From: a virus | Lineage: Duplodnaviria; Caudoviricetes | Virus record (IMG/VR): IMGVR_UViG_3300022930_000016 | Coordinates: 1 to 38,526 of that record | Length of the DNA: 38,526 nucleotides | Reading direction: 5' to 3' (one strand) | In this document: positions 7,688 to 16,153 of the stretch, in pieces | How positions within the stretch are numbered: position 1 is the stretch's first letter | Layout of the letters: the number at the start of each line of letters is the position of its first letter | Position numbers and translations under genes: made by a program | The notes under the pieces: generated by a model | The model's database searches: none | Seen by the model: only the letters and a program-made list of their open reading frames with translations | What the model was told of the DNA's origin: nothing

Positions 7688-7866
7688 ACTCCTGTTTTAC
7701 CGTTGTTTGGATCTATCCATGGACTTTTTAATCCTGCGTAATATTGTAAATCGCAAGACCAAATCATTAACTTATTCCAAATATTATAATGGAATCCACA
7801 CTTAAATAAAGTGTCTCCTAACCATACCATAAAAAGCACGATAGGTAATAATATTGATTTTTTCAT
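7684..7866 (-). CDS. Small protein with hydrophobic N-terminus in the lysis cassette (60 aa)
   Basis: ATGA overlaps at both ends. Confidence 0.6.
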   Translation of the reverse strand: MKKSILLPIVLFMVWLGDTLFKCGFHYNIWNKLMIWSCDLQYYAGLKSPWIDPNNGKTGV

Positions 7867-7958
7867 ACTAATGTTCCTTTTTCAATTTTGTTTCCGTGAA
7901 CTACATCGCTGTATAACCCTTCTATTGTTCCTCCTGATATTACTATTTCGTTTTTCAT
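7863..7958 (-). CDS. Microprotein (31 aa)
   Basis: Manual translation MKNEIVISGG...; stop overlaps the next ATG. Confidence 0.4.
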   Translation of the reverse strand: MKNEIVISGGTIEGLYSDVVHGNKIEKGTLV

Positions 7959-7969
7959 ATTGCTTATTT

Positions 7970-8035
7970 TTAAAGTGGTCGATTTTGACCACTTATGATT
8001 TTAACTCGAAAGTAATCCTTAAAAGTTGGATTCAT
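7970..8035 (-). CDS. Microprotein (21 aa)
   Basis: ATGA overlap with the endolysin stop; MNPTFKDYFRVKIISGQNRPL. Confidence 0.35.
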   Translation of the reverse strand: MNPTFKDYFRVKIISGQNRPL

Positions 8036-8466
8036 AATTTAAAATATTGTGTTACTTCTGATTTTCTGCGTCCGATCAATTCTTTATTTTTAGTCCATAA
8101 CATAAATGCGTTTTTAATTGTGGGGTCAGTTGGATTTACATTTACTCGTCTTAAAACCGTGCTATTTGCGAACCCGTTGATCCCAATGTTATATGCTAAT
8201 GAAACCAATGCATTAAATTGATTCTGGGTTACTTTTGAAGTTACCAATTTATCAACTTTTGACGCAAAACTCATAGCTGTTAAATTAGCTAGTTTTTCAG
8301 CGTGCATTTTAGATAATGGCGCATCGGTCATTTTTACCTTAGTTCCGTCCAAATAATAAGTGTTACCCATTGCTATGGTAGGCACGCCCTGAGTATCTAA
8401 ATAAGGTTTTAATTTTAAACCCTCTCTTAAGTGTAATGCTTCAAATCCGTTTTCGTCTAGTTTCAT
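8032..8466 (-). CDS. Endolysin, GH24 lysozyme
   Basis: E-x8-D-x5-T triad (EGLKLKPYLDTQGVPT), QNQFNALVSLAYNIG, RRKSE. Confidence 0.95.
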   Translation of the reverse strand: MKLDENGFEALHLREGLKLKPYLDTQGVPTIAMGNTYYLDGTKVKMTDAPLSKMHAEKLANLTAMSFASKVDKLVTSKVTQNQFNALVSLAYNIGINGFANSTVLRRVNVNPTDPTIKNAFMLWTKNKELIGRRKSEVTQYFKL

Positions 8467-8789
8467 TTCTTTATATTTTCGTGGTTTACTTCCTTTAATT
8501 TACTCGTAAAATGTTCGTATGTATTGTTTTTATGATTTTCGTTTTGTTTGGCAATTACATCCTCTCTTAGTAAATCTCTCTCAATAGATGATTTCATTAT
8601 AAAGTGGTAAGTTCTGGCGCATAAGTAAATAAAACCCGCCATTGATAAAAGCAGTTTAATAAAGTTATCGATACTAGACATCGCCAAGTTTCCGGCCACA
8701 AGCGTTCCTGCTATATCTATAAATGAATATCCGCTTATACTTAAAAATATCCAATCTAAACCTAATAAGAAGCTTTTAATTTTGACCAT
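8463..8789 (-). CDS. Holin-like membrane protein
   Basis: Two hydrophobic segments and a charged C-terminus; overlaps the endolysin start. Confidence 0.55.
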   Translation of the reverse strand: MVKIKSFLLGLDWIFLSISGYSFIDIAGTLVAGNLAMSSIDNFIKLLLSMAGFIYLCARTYHFIMKSSIERDLLREDVIAKQNENHKNNTYEHFTSKLKEVNHENIKK

Positions 8790-9118
8790 AATCTGTAATA
8801 AATACCATAAGCTAAAATTAATTTAGCTATTATAAACCCCTCCATGTCGTATAAACCTAAATGAATTAAATCTAAAGCATTTAAAATGAATAAAAACAAT
8901 CCTATCTGAATTGTAATTATATCTCTTTTTATGAATGCCAAGAAATAAAACAATACACCAAATATAATGATATTTGCGTAATCTTCAATAACCATACATA
9001 CTTGTCTTTGGTGGTTCGAAAATAAATACCAAGAAACAGCCATATCTACATTGTAAAATATGGCTTTTATCTCTGATAAAGGAATTAACAGCAATAATAA
9101 AAAGTGTTTTAACTGCAT
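8762..9118 (-). CDS. Multi-pass membrane protein (~4 TM) in the lysis cassette
   Basis: Hydrophobicity pattern. Confidence 0.6.
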   Translation of the reverse strand: MQLKHFLLLLLIPLSEIKAIFYNVDMAVSWYLFSNHQRQVCMVIEDYANIIIFGVLFYFLAFIKRDIITIQIGLFLFILNALDLIHLGLYDMEGFIIAKLILAYGIYYRLWSKLKASY

Positions 9119-9119
9119 G

Positions 9120-9509
9120 TTATTTATCTTTTGGATCGGCGGGAGGGTTAGATCCTCCTGGTCCTTCTTCCGGTGGCGGTGGATCAGTGACCAACATTTG
9201 AGATTGTTGCTGTTTTACCAAAAACTTTTTAACGAACGCTAAGGCTATTTCGTTGTTTGTTGCTCCAATAAGCAATGCGCCCCATGCATTTGGCTCCAAT
9301 CCTAAAAGATCGTTAGAAAACCTAATAGATATAAATGTAATCAAAAAACCAGTAAGTAATTGAACTGAATTGACAGGAAAGCTTTTAAGATTGGTTAAAT
9401 GATTTCTTATTAATGTAGCTGTAACAGCTCCAATTACAGATAATACGAACCAAGCCAAGTAAGTAGGTATATCTGTTGTTCCTAAAAGCTCTAATAAAAA
9501 CTTTTCCAT
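9120..9509 (-). CDS. Holin-like 3-TM protein with a Pro/Gly-rich tail
   Basis: Three hydrophobic segments; C-terminal DPPPPEEGPGGSNPPADPKDK. Confidence 0.55.
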   Translation of the reverse strand: MEKFLLELLGTTDIPTYLAWFVLSVIGAVTATLIRNHLTNLKSFPVNSVQLLTGFLITFISIRFSNDLLGLEPNAWGALLIGATNNEIALAFVKKFLVKQQQSQMLVTDPPPPEEGPGGSNPPADPKDK

Positions 9510-9530
9510 ATTTATTTTTTATTTAATTTG

Positions 9531-12500
9531 TTAAGGGTAAACTTCGAATTTAATTGATGCCGATGTAGCTGACATTTCCGTTAAAACGCCCGCTACATTT
9601 GTAATTACTAAATTCATTGTATTAGCTGTCGGATTTGTAATATATGCATCGTATCCCGCAACATTTGTAGACAATGTGATGTTTCCCCAACTCTTACCCA
9701 TCTGGAAAGCACCTGATAATGTAGCGGTATAATCTCCTGTTGAATTTCTACTCCATATAACCGTACCTCCTAATGAGTTTTCTAATACTGTCGCTATAGG
9801 TGCGTTGGTGCTTGTTTGCGACAATAAAGCTGTATATACCTTATACGGTCTCACTCCTACTGTTGCTGTAGTAACAAAAGCCGTTGTCGCAATTTGCGTA
9901 GTATTAGTTCCTGCTGTTGCAGTTGGTGCGGTTGGCGTTCCTGTTAATGCCGGGCTTGCTATATCGGCTTTTAAATCTAACTGCGATTTAATTACAACGT
10001 GATTCGCAGTTACTCCGGCAATAGTAGATAAGTTACCAATAGGCAACGAAGCGTTTCCGTTTCTGGTTATTTCCATTAAAGCCGTACCGAATCTGGAAAA
10101 CCTAAACGCCGGCGTTGTAAGGGTTGAATAATCCACATTTGTTCCCTGCCTTACATTTAGCTCCATATCCGGCAGAGGATTTGTATTTGGTGTGCCTGAT
10201 ATAATCTTTAATCCTGTGGCATCTGCGGATTTGCTGAATATCGACGGAACTGTATTTGATGTGGCCGCATTTCCGTGCGCAATACTTCCGGCTATTAAAC
10301 TGTTTACATTCGCATTGTTACCGCTAGTGCCTGTAAAAATATCTAGTTTGCTTATAGGCGAAACTGTACCAATCCCTAAACGTTTATTCGTGTTATCCCA
10401 TATAAATCCGCTATCTCCAGTAACTGTACTTGCACTATTCCAAAAGGAAATATAACCGTTTGTTCCTGTTCCGGTAACAATATTGGCAGGTATCATCTTT
10501 ATAAAATCTTCATATCTGGACGTGTATCCTATCGTTTCAAAATTTACATAGTCTTTTAGTCCATTGTAACCATTGTTAATAGTTACTTTAGAATCTGATA
10601 TACCATTGTTTATCAACTCTTTTAAAGTGCTTTGGCTGTCAATCCTAAAAGAATAAAGCTCTGCTTCTTCGGTAAAAGTAGGCGTTCTGTTATGTGAACT
10701 TGCATCACATACAACTGAGAAAATCCCTGTTCCGGACTTTATTAAACTAGGATACCCGTAAAATCTGTAATCCGAAGCTTTTGGTCTAGGAATATTATGC
10801 TTTAAAGAATATGCTGTCTGAGAACTATAAACAGCTTCTGCTTTTTGAGTGTAAACCCTGAGCATGTCATACATTTGAGAGGGGCTGTCTGCATGGGTTA
10901 TTTTTCTTTCAGTGGTGACAACTATTAAATCGTCCGTAACACTATCATAAAGCATCCCTACCGGTGTACCAACTGAATAATTTAAATCACTCCATAAATT
11001 AGCAACTCCTTTGTAAGAGAAAGTAACACCGTCTGAAGAGTTATATTGATAAAAAGAAGGCTGTCCTGGGGTTGAATAATCGTTATTTCTGGCAATAAGG
11101 ATACTTTTACCTCCGGCAATATCTACTATTACGGGCTCTACTGCATTATTTGATATTGAATTTACTATTACTGAATTTGTAATAGATGTAAAGTTGTTTG
11201 TTGATTTGTAAAGTCTGAATTTATTTACTGCTGATTCTGTCAGATAAGATGCAAAATATACGTCAGAACCTCTTTTTAATAGTGTACCAAAAGGAACCTC
11301 GTTAGTTATGGCGACGTTATTTTCTATTATTGTATATGTGCCCCAAGTCGCACCGTTGTCACTACTTTTAACGTATCCAATATCTACATGTGTGCTAGTA
11401 TTCGCTTGATACCTCCTTAACACAACTACCACATCGTTATTCGGCAAAACCCCTAATACGTAATTTCTATCATCGTAAGCATCATTAAATATAGAAAATT
11501 CCGCACCCCACGAAACGCCTTCATCAGTGCTTATTTTTCCTGCCAAATATCCATCATTCCCAGTATGTAGAAAAGCCGTAGATTTTCTGTAAACCATTAA
11601 AATATTATTATTTGACAGCCTTGTAATATGCGGTTCGGAATTAGAAGATGTTTCCGGATCGTCTATTTCTTTGTACCCGTTAAAAAAACGACCTGTTAAT
11701 TCTTCGGCATCATATCCTGTAACAGCTTTTTTTAGGTTTGCTAAAGTTACTTTTTTAGGCAATCCAGAAGCCGAACCGTCAGAAATAGCAAAATTATCTA
11801 TATCTGTGATCGTTCCTTTATTTGGCAATGCAGATATTTGCGCGCCTAAATCACCGCTAAAATATCCTGCTACCACCCACCTGTTATTCACAGGCTCATA
11901 AGTCCAGGCCCATGTATCGTAAGTTTTAACACTTGGAGGAAAATAATCGACTACTCCTGACGCTCCAATGGTTAGATTAGATATATTAGAATCAAAAGCA
12001 ATATAAACGGTTTTTGCTTCTGTTACCGTTGGCAAATTTATTGTGTAGTTTGTTATTGGACTACCTGAAACATCTAAATAATCTTCTTCAGGAGTAATGT
12101 TTCTTGTGCCCCCATTTACAGCTGTTACATATCCCCAAGATATATCTGTATCTGTTTGTATTTCATTTATTAGATTTGATAAATCCTGAGCCGTGCCTGT
12201 ATAACCTCCTTTATCCAATTTTAAAGTCAAAGCGTCATAAACGGCATTTTCACTTGGCACAGTGGCTGTAAAACCGCTCCTAATAGTCTGCACGACCCCT
12301 GAGAACTCCACATCAATAGGTATTGCAACTGCTAAACTCCAATAAGTACCGTTTGACACTAATACATTTAATTCTTCAGTTGTAATTATATCTGCCCCTC
12401 CTCCAACATTTAAAAAAGTTCCTTTACCAACAAACATCCATTCTGTTGAATCTGTTACAGGTAATGTTTCTCCACTGTTAACAGTTGTAGGATTGAATGC

Positions 12501-12671
12501 TAAAGAAGATACCGTGCCGATATATGAAGATATTAAATCTGCAAGCCCTTGCACTGTACCCTGCCCCAATAATGTTGAAACCTCGTGAGGCAACAAGTCT
12601 GTTAAACTCCAAGGTTTAGGGACTAATTCACCTACTCTTACTGTTGTTATTTCTGCCGGATTTATTGCCAT
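9531..12671 (-). CDS. Tail fiber/spike with an Asp-box (BNR) sialidase-like beta-propeller
   Basis: Asp boxes STDEGVSW, SSDNGATW, SSDGVTF; fiber repeat SPALTGTPTAPTA..TNTTQIATTAFV; last gene of the tail module. Confidence 0.8.
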   Translation of the reverse strand: MAINPAEITTVRVGELVPKPWSLTDLLPHEVSTLLGQGTVQGLADLISSYIGTVSSLAFNPTTVNSGETLPVTDSTEWMFVGKGTFLNVGGGADIITTEELNVLVSNGTYWSLAVAIPIDVEFSGVVQTIRSGFTATVPSENAVYDALTLKLDKGGYTGTAQDLSNLINEIQTDTDISWGYVTAVNGGTRNITPEEDYLDVSGSPITNYTINLPTVTEAKTVYIAFDSNISNLTIGASGVVDYFPPSVKTYDTWAWTYEPVNNRWVVAGYFSGDLGAQISALPNKGTITDIDNFAISDGSASGLPKKVTLANLKKAVTGYDAEELTGRFFNGYKEIDDPETSSNSEPHITRLSNNNILMVYRKSTAFLHTGNDGYLAGKISTDEGVSWGAEFSIFNDAYDDRNYVLGVLPNNDVVVVLRRYQANTSTHVDIGYVKSSDNGATWGTYTIIENNVAITNEVPFGTLLKRGSDVYFASYLTESAVNKFRLYKSTNNFTSITNSVIVNSISNNAVEPVIVDIAGGKSILIARNNDYSTPGQPSFYQYNSSDGVTFSYKGVANLWSDLNYSVGTPVGMLYDSVTDDLIVVTTERKITHADSPSQMYDMLRVYTQKAEAVYSSQTAYSLKHNIPRPKASDYRFYGYPSLIKSGTGIFSVVCDASSHNRTPTFTEEAELYSFRIDSQSTLKELINNGISDSKVTINNGYNGLKDYVNFETIGYTSRYEDFIKMIPANIVTGTGTNGYISFWNSASTVTGDSGFIWDNTNKRLGIGTVSPISKLDIFTGTSGNNANVNSLIAGSIAHGNAATSNTVPSIFSKSADATGLKIISGTPNTNPLPDMELNVRQGTNVDYSTLTTPAFRFSRFGTALMEITRNGNASLPIGNLSTIAGVTANHVVIKSQLDLKADIASPALTGTPTAPTATAGTNTTQIATTAFVTTATVGVRPYKVYTALLSQTSTNAPIATVLENSLGGTVIWSRNSTGDYTATLSGAFQMGKSWGNITLSTNVAGYDAYITNPTANTMNLVITNVAGVLTEMSATSASIKFEVYP

Positions 12672-12673
12672 TT

Positions 12674-13261
12674 TTAAGGTAATTTCATTATAAATAATTG
12701 TACAAATGATTTTTGCATTATGCTTAAAGGAGCTTCTGTTGAAAGAGGATTTACAGAGTTTACATATGTGTGATTTCCTTCTGGCTGTAGATTTGTTGCC
12801 ATAACATACACGTGTGAACCTCCTGCATTATCCGACCCTGATACAGGTACTGTTAAATCCATTTTAGGAACATTATTTTTTGTTATAGCTTTTGTGTTCT
12901 CTCCAATCTGTTGGCGCATTGTGTCATACGGAATGTCTCCAAATCCTATAAATGTAGCACCTGAACAATTAAAACCTGTCCCGTTATTTCCGTTTATAAT
13001 TGCCCACCCATTCCACAATCCATCTGTTTTACCAAGTCCATCTTCATCGAAATTCTGAGTAACATATAAATTGGAAACATTTAATTGTTTTACTTCAAAA
13101 GGCTGATAATTTACGCTTGGCACTAACGGTAGTATTTCAGCAACTGTACCCCTGTACAAAACACCTCCTATTGAGTGCACTATTATGCTTTCGGCAGTGA
13201 TTGGAGCCACTGGCAGTTCTTCTGCATTAACTGTTGTTATTTGGTTTGGATCTATAGCCAT
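12674..13261 (-). CDS. Tail collar-like / short fiber protein
   Basis: GWAIINGNNGT collar-like motif; C-terminal IMQKSFVQLFIMKL. Confidence 0.65.
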   Translation of the reverse strand: MAIDPNQITTVNAEELPVAPITAESIIVHSIGGVLYRGTVAEILPLVPSVNYQPFEVKQLNVSNLYVTQNFDEDGLGKTDGLWNGWAIINGNNGTGFNCSGATFIGFGDIPYDTMRQQIGENTKAITKNNVPKMDLTVPVSGSDNAGGSHVYVMATNLQPEGNHTYVNSVNPLSTEAPLSIMQKSFVQLFIMKLP

Positions 13262-13767
13262 TATTGTACTTTTATTATTTCGTTTACATCTCCTGTGTTA
13301 AGCAGTATATTTGGGTCTCCATTATTTAAAACAACACCTCCTAAATCTTGCACTAATGGTTTTCCAAATCCTAATATAGTTCCTGAAAAACTCATAAATT
13401 CACCCACTGCTTCAGTAGAACTTAAATCAATTATTGTTCCTTTTCCGTAATCTACTATTGGGTATATTGTGCCTTGTATTTTCCAATCAAGCAGTATTTT
13501 TTGACGTTTTAACATCTTTATTCGATCGTAAGAAGCAATATTAAAAACACCTCCTGCAACTGTTGTATTTATCTGAAGTCCTGAAAAGGGGATTGAATAG
13601 CTTTGAACTAACGCTTTGTCTGTTTTCCATCCTTCATTTTCTCGGGTTGTAGTTTCTAGAGTTTCGGTGCTTTCTTCTATGCCGTTACTAGTTAAACAGC
13701 CTATAGGCATGTAAACGCCGTTTATCTTTATGAATAAAATCCTATCTTCTCCGTTTACGTAGTTCAT
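13261..13767 (-). CDS. Second tail tube-fold protein (distal tail component)
   Basis: PIGCLTSN..E mirrors PVACLTSN in the major tail protein. Confidence 0.7.
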   Translation of the reverse strand: MNYVNGEDRILFIKINGVYMPIGCLTSNGIEESTETLETTTRENEGWKTDKALVQSYSIPFSGLQINTTVAGGVFNIASYDRIKMLKRQKILLDWKIQGTIYPIVDYGKGTIIDLSSTEAVGEFMSFSGTILGFGKPLVQDLGGVVLNNGDPNILLNTGDVNEIIKVQ

Positions 13768-13771
13768 ACAT

Positions 13772-13779
13772 CAAAAATA
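13772..13779 (-). promoter_or_regulatory. -7 element 4 nt before ATG (leaderless candidate)
   Basis: TATTTTTG-N4-ATG. Confidence 0.55.
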
Positions 13780-13789
13780 CTAAAAATAA

Positions 13790-16153
13790 TTAACTTACAA
13801 TCGTAGGTTTAACAGTTTCGCCAAAGTCTTGTGTTTTTAAATAATTTATGTCGAATAATTCCGGAGCATAAAGCTCTAAGCTTTTCATAGAAGTTATATT
13901 AGTATAGGTGTCGTAACTGTAAGATATAGGCATAAACCTGCCTTGTATACTGTTTATTGACATAAGTATTAAATAACCCATATAACCATAAATATCACCT
14001 GAAAAAACTTTCATTGGCTTTTGAGCGATTCTAAGTTCGTCCTCTGCGGATATTCTCAATAACGGCTTAGCTTCCTCTGATCCGTCCTCTGGGAATTGTC
14101 TTCTATGCCATAATTTAGTTAACGTTTCTTGATCTTCTTCGTAAATAGCTCCAGTATACAGCTTATTTACATTGTCTCCCATAGAAACAGTTTTGTTTTC
14201 TTTTATAATAGAGCTAGGAGGTGTTGCCCTTGATGCAGTGTGAAATTCCCCTACTACATTGTTTCCTTGAAATGTATTCACTAGCTCAATAGTTTTTACC
14301 TCTACTAAAACAGCAGGTGGATTATCAACACCTGACATTGATCCTGAAGTAGTGTATCCTTTAGCAGGAACGAACATCGTTATCTTTATTTTGCCTGGTT
14401 TAGGTACTGGGGCGGACTGAATAGAAAATGTTCTGTCAAAAACATCGCTGACAAGCTCACCGTTGCTGTTAGGCATGTAGTCGGCATTTACTAAATACCC
14501 CATATTAGTATATAAAGATGTCCATGACCCATTTTGGAGCATTGACATATTATCGCCCCCGTCAGTTGGGTTTAGTGTTACTGAATATCTAATTCTAACA
14601 GGATAACCGTAAGATATAAAGTTTGTTTTAAATTCAAAAGTATAGTTTTCCGGAACCTCTTCTGTTTCTTCTGAAATTATCGCCTCGTTCTCGTCAAAAG
14701 TTTCGCCAGTATCCTGAACTATAGACATAAATGATATTCCGTTTTTAGATACAGGATCAATAACTAAATATCCTGAATTTTTGCCTTCAGTCCAATTCTG
14801 AACCGTCCATGAATCGTAAATCTTTGTTCCTGCTTCGTGTTTAAGTTTTCCGTTTTTCAAAAAGCTTTCTATAAATCCATATTTATAATTCAATCTGAAA
14901 GCAGATACTGCGCCCCTGATAGTTATTTGCTGATTAGCGTTTATGTGGTGCGGGTAAACATTATCTATATGACTTCCTAAAACTCGATTAAGATTCACCT
15001 GTCTAAGTCCTATGTAAGTGTTGTCTATTTCATATCTTTTAAAAAAAGGATAACTTTGAGTATAAAACTCAGAAGGGCGGTATATAAACCACTCACCGTC
15101 TTCTTGTGTTACTACTGCATTTATTGTTGTTAATAAATAAGTTAAAGCTTCGTGACAGCTCATTATCGTATTATCATCAGGCTTTACAAATCTTTCAGTG
15201 TTTAAATATGCTAATGTCAATACATCAGTTTCAACCCCTTCGTCCGTTATTCCGTAATAATATAGAGGTATATAGGTATTTATCTTTAGTTGTAGTCCTG
15301 TTTTTTTTAGGCAGTAATAAATAACATCCATCATGCTTATCTTTCCGCTGAAAGATGACCCGTTATCATTTACAAAAGATAAATTCTCTAAAAAACCAAG
15401 TCCGTCCGTGCATCTTACTGATATGTTCCAAATATCACTCGTAAACGATTCGAATATACCGTCAGGTATTAAGAAACCTTGAAATATTAACGCTTTATCA
15501 ATATACAGCCTGACTGTAAAGTCTGTTTCCGACTTCGAGTATAAGTCCTCAAACTTCAACATGTTATTCGCCTCCAGATCAAGCGTAAGTCCTGTTCCTC
15601 TTATAGGGTCTAGCATATTTTTTACCTCTCCTTTATCTATAGTGGCTCTACCCGTTATTTCAGTAGCCGATCCCGAAAAGTATTTTTCGTAAATTTCACA
15701 TCTAAAAAAGTTATTTGAAATGTTTGTGTATTCAAAAAAATACTTAGGAGCGGTTGTCGGTATTAGTCTATCATAAAAAGAAACAATAGATAAATTAGTG
15801 CTTATAGTATCTATATCAAATATTATTCTTTCGTTAGCGCTAAAAATAGCTTCCGTATTCCATATATCGACAAAAGTAACTCTGTATAAAATAGGAAACG
15901 AAGTGGATACGTAACCTTGATTTTCTAAAAAAGCTTTTAAATTAGTAGCTGATTGTTCCGCAGTAGCCCCAATTTTTACACGATGCATAGGATCTGCTGT
16001 TATTTCAGAATCATTGTTTGTAAATTCAAAATCAACAACAGTTAATCCATTTGTAAACACAATAGGCACTCCGGAAATACTTCCTGAATAAATTATACGG
16101 TCGCCTTCTTCGGCATTGTTTAAAAAGCTTATTCTTACGCCTTGATCTGTCAT
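13790..16153 (-). CDS. Tail tip/baseplate hub protein
   Basis: 787 aa, beta-rich, directly after the tape measure gene. Confidence 0.65.
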   Translation of the reverse strand: MTDQGVRISFLNNAEEGDRIIYSGSISGVPIVFTNGLTVVDFEFTNNDSEITADPMHRVKIGATAEQSATNLKAFLENQGYVSTSFPILYRVTFVDIWNTEAIFSANERIIFDIDTISTNLSIVSFYDRLIPTTAPKYFFEYTNISNNFFRCEIYEKYFSGSATEITGRATIDKGEVKNMLDPIRGTGLTLDLEANNMLKFEDLYSKSETDFTVRLYIDKALIFQGFLIPDGIFESFTSDIWNISVRCTDGLGFLENLSFVNDNGSSFSGKISMMDVIYYCLKKTGLQLKINTYIPLYYYGITDEGVETDVLTLAYLNTERFVKPDDNTIMSCHEALTYLLTTINAVVTQEDGEWFIYRPSEFYTQSYPFFKRYEIDNTYIGLRQVNLNRVLGSHIDNVYPHHINANQQITIRGAVSAFRLNYKYGFIESFLKNGKLKHEAGTKIYDSWTVQNWTEGKNSGYLVIDPVSKNGISFMSIVQDTGETFDENEAIISEETEEVPENYTFEFKTNFISYGYPVRIRYSVTLNPTDGGDNMSMLQNGSWTSLYTNMGYLVNADYMPNSNGELVSDVFDRTFSIQSAPVPKPGKIKITMFVPAKGYTTSGSMSGVDNPPAVLVEVKTIELVNTFQGNNVVGEFHTASRATPPSSIIKENKTVSMGDNVNKLYTGAIYEEDQETLTKLWHRRQFPEDGSEEAKPLLRISAEDELRIAQKPMKVFSGDIYGYMGYLILMSINSIQGRFMPISYSYDTYTNITSMKSLELYAPELFDINYLKTQDFGETVKPTIVS

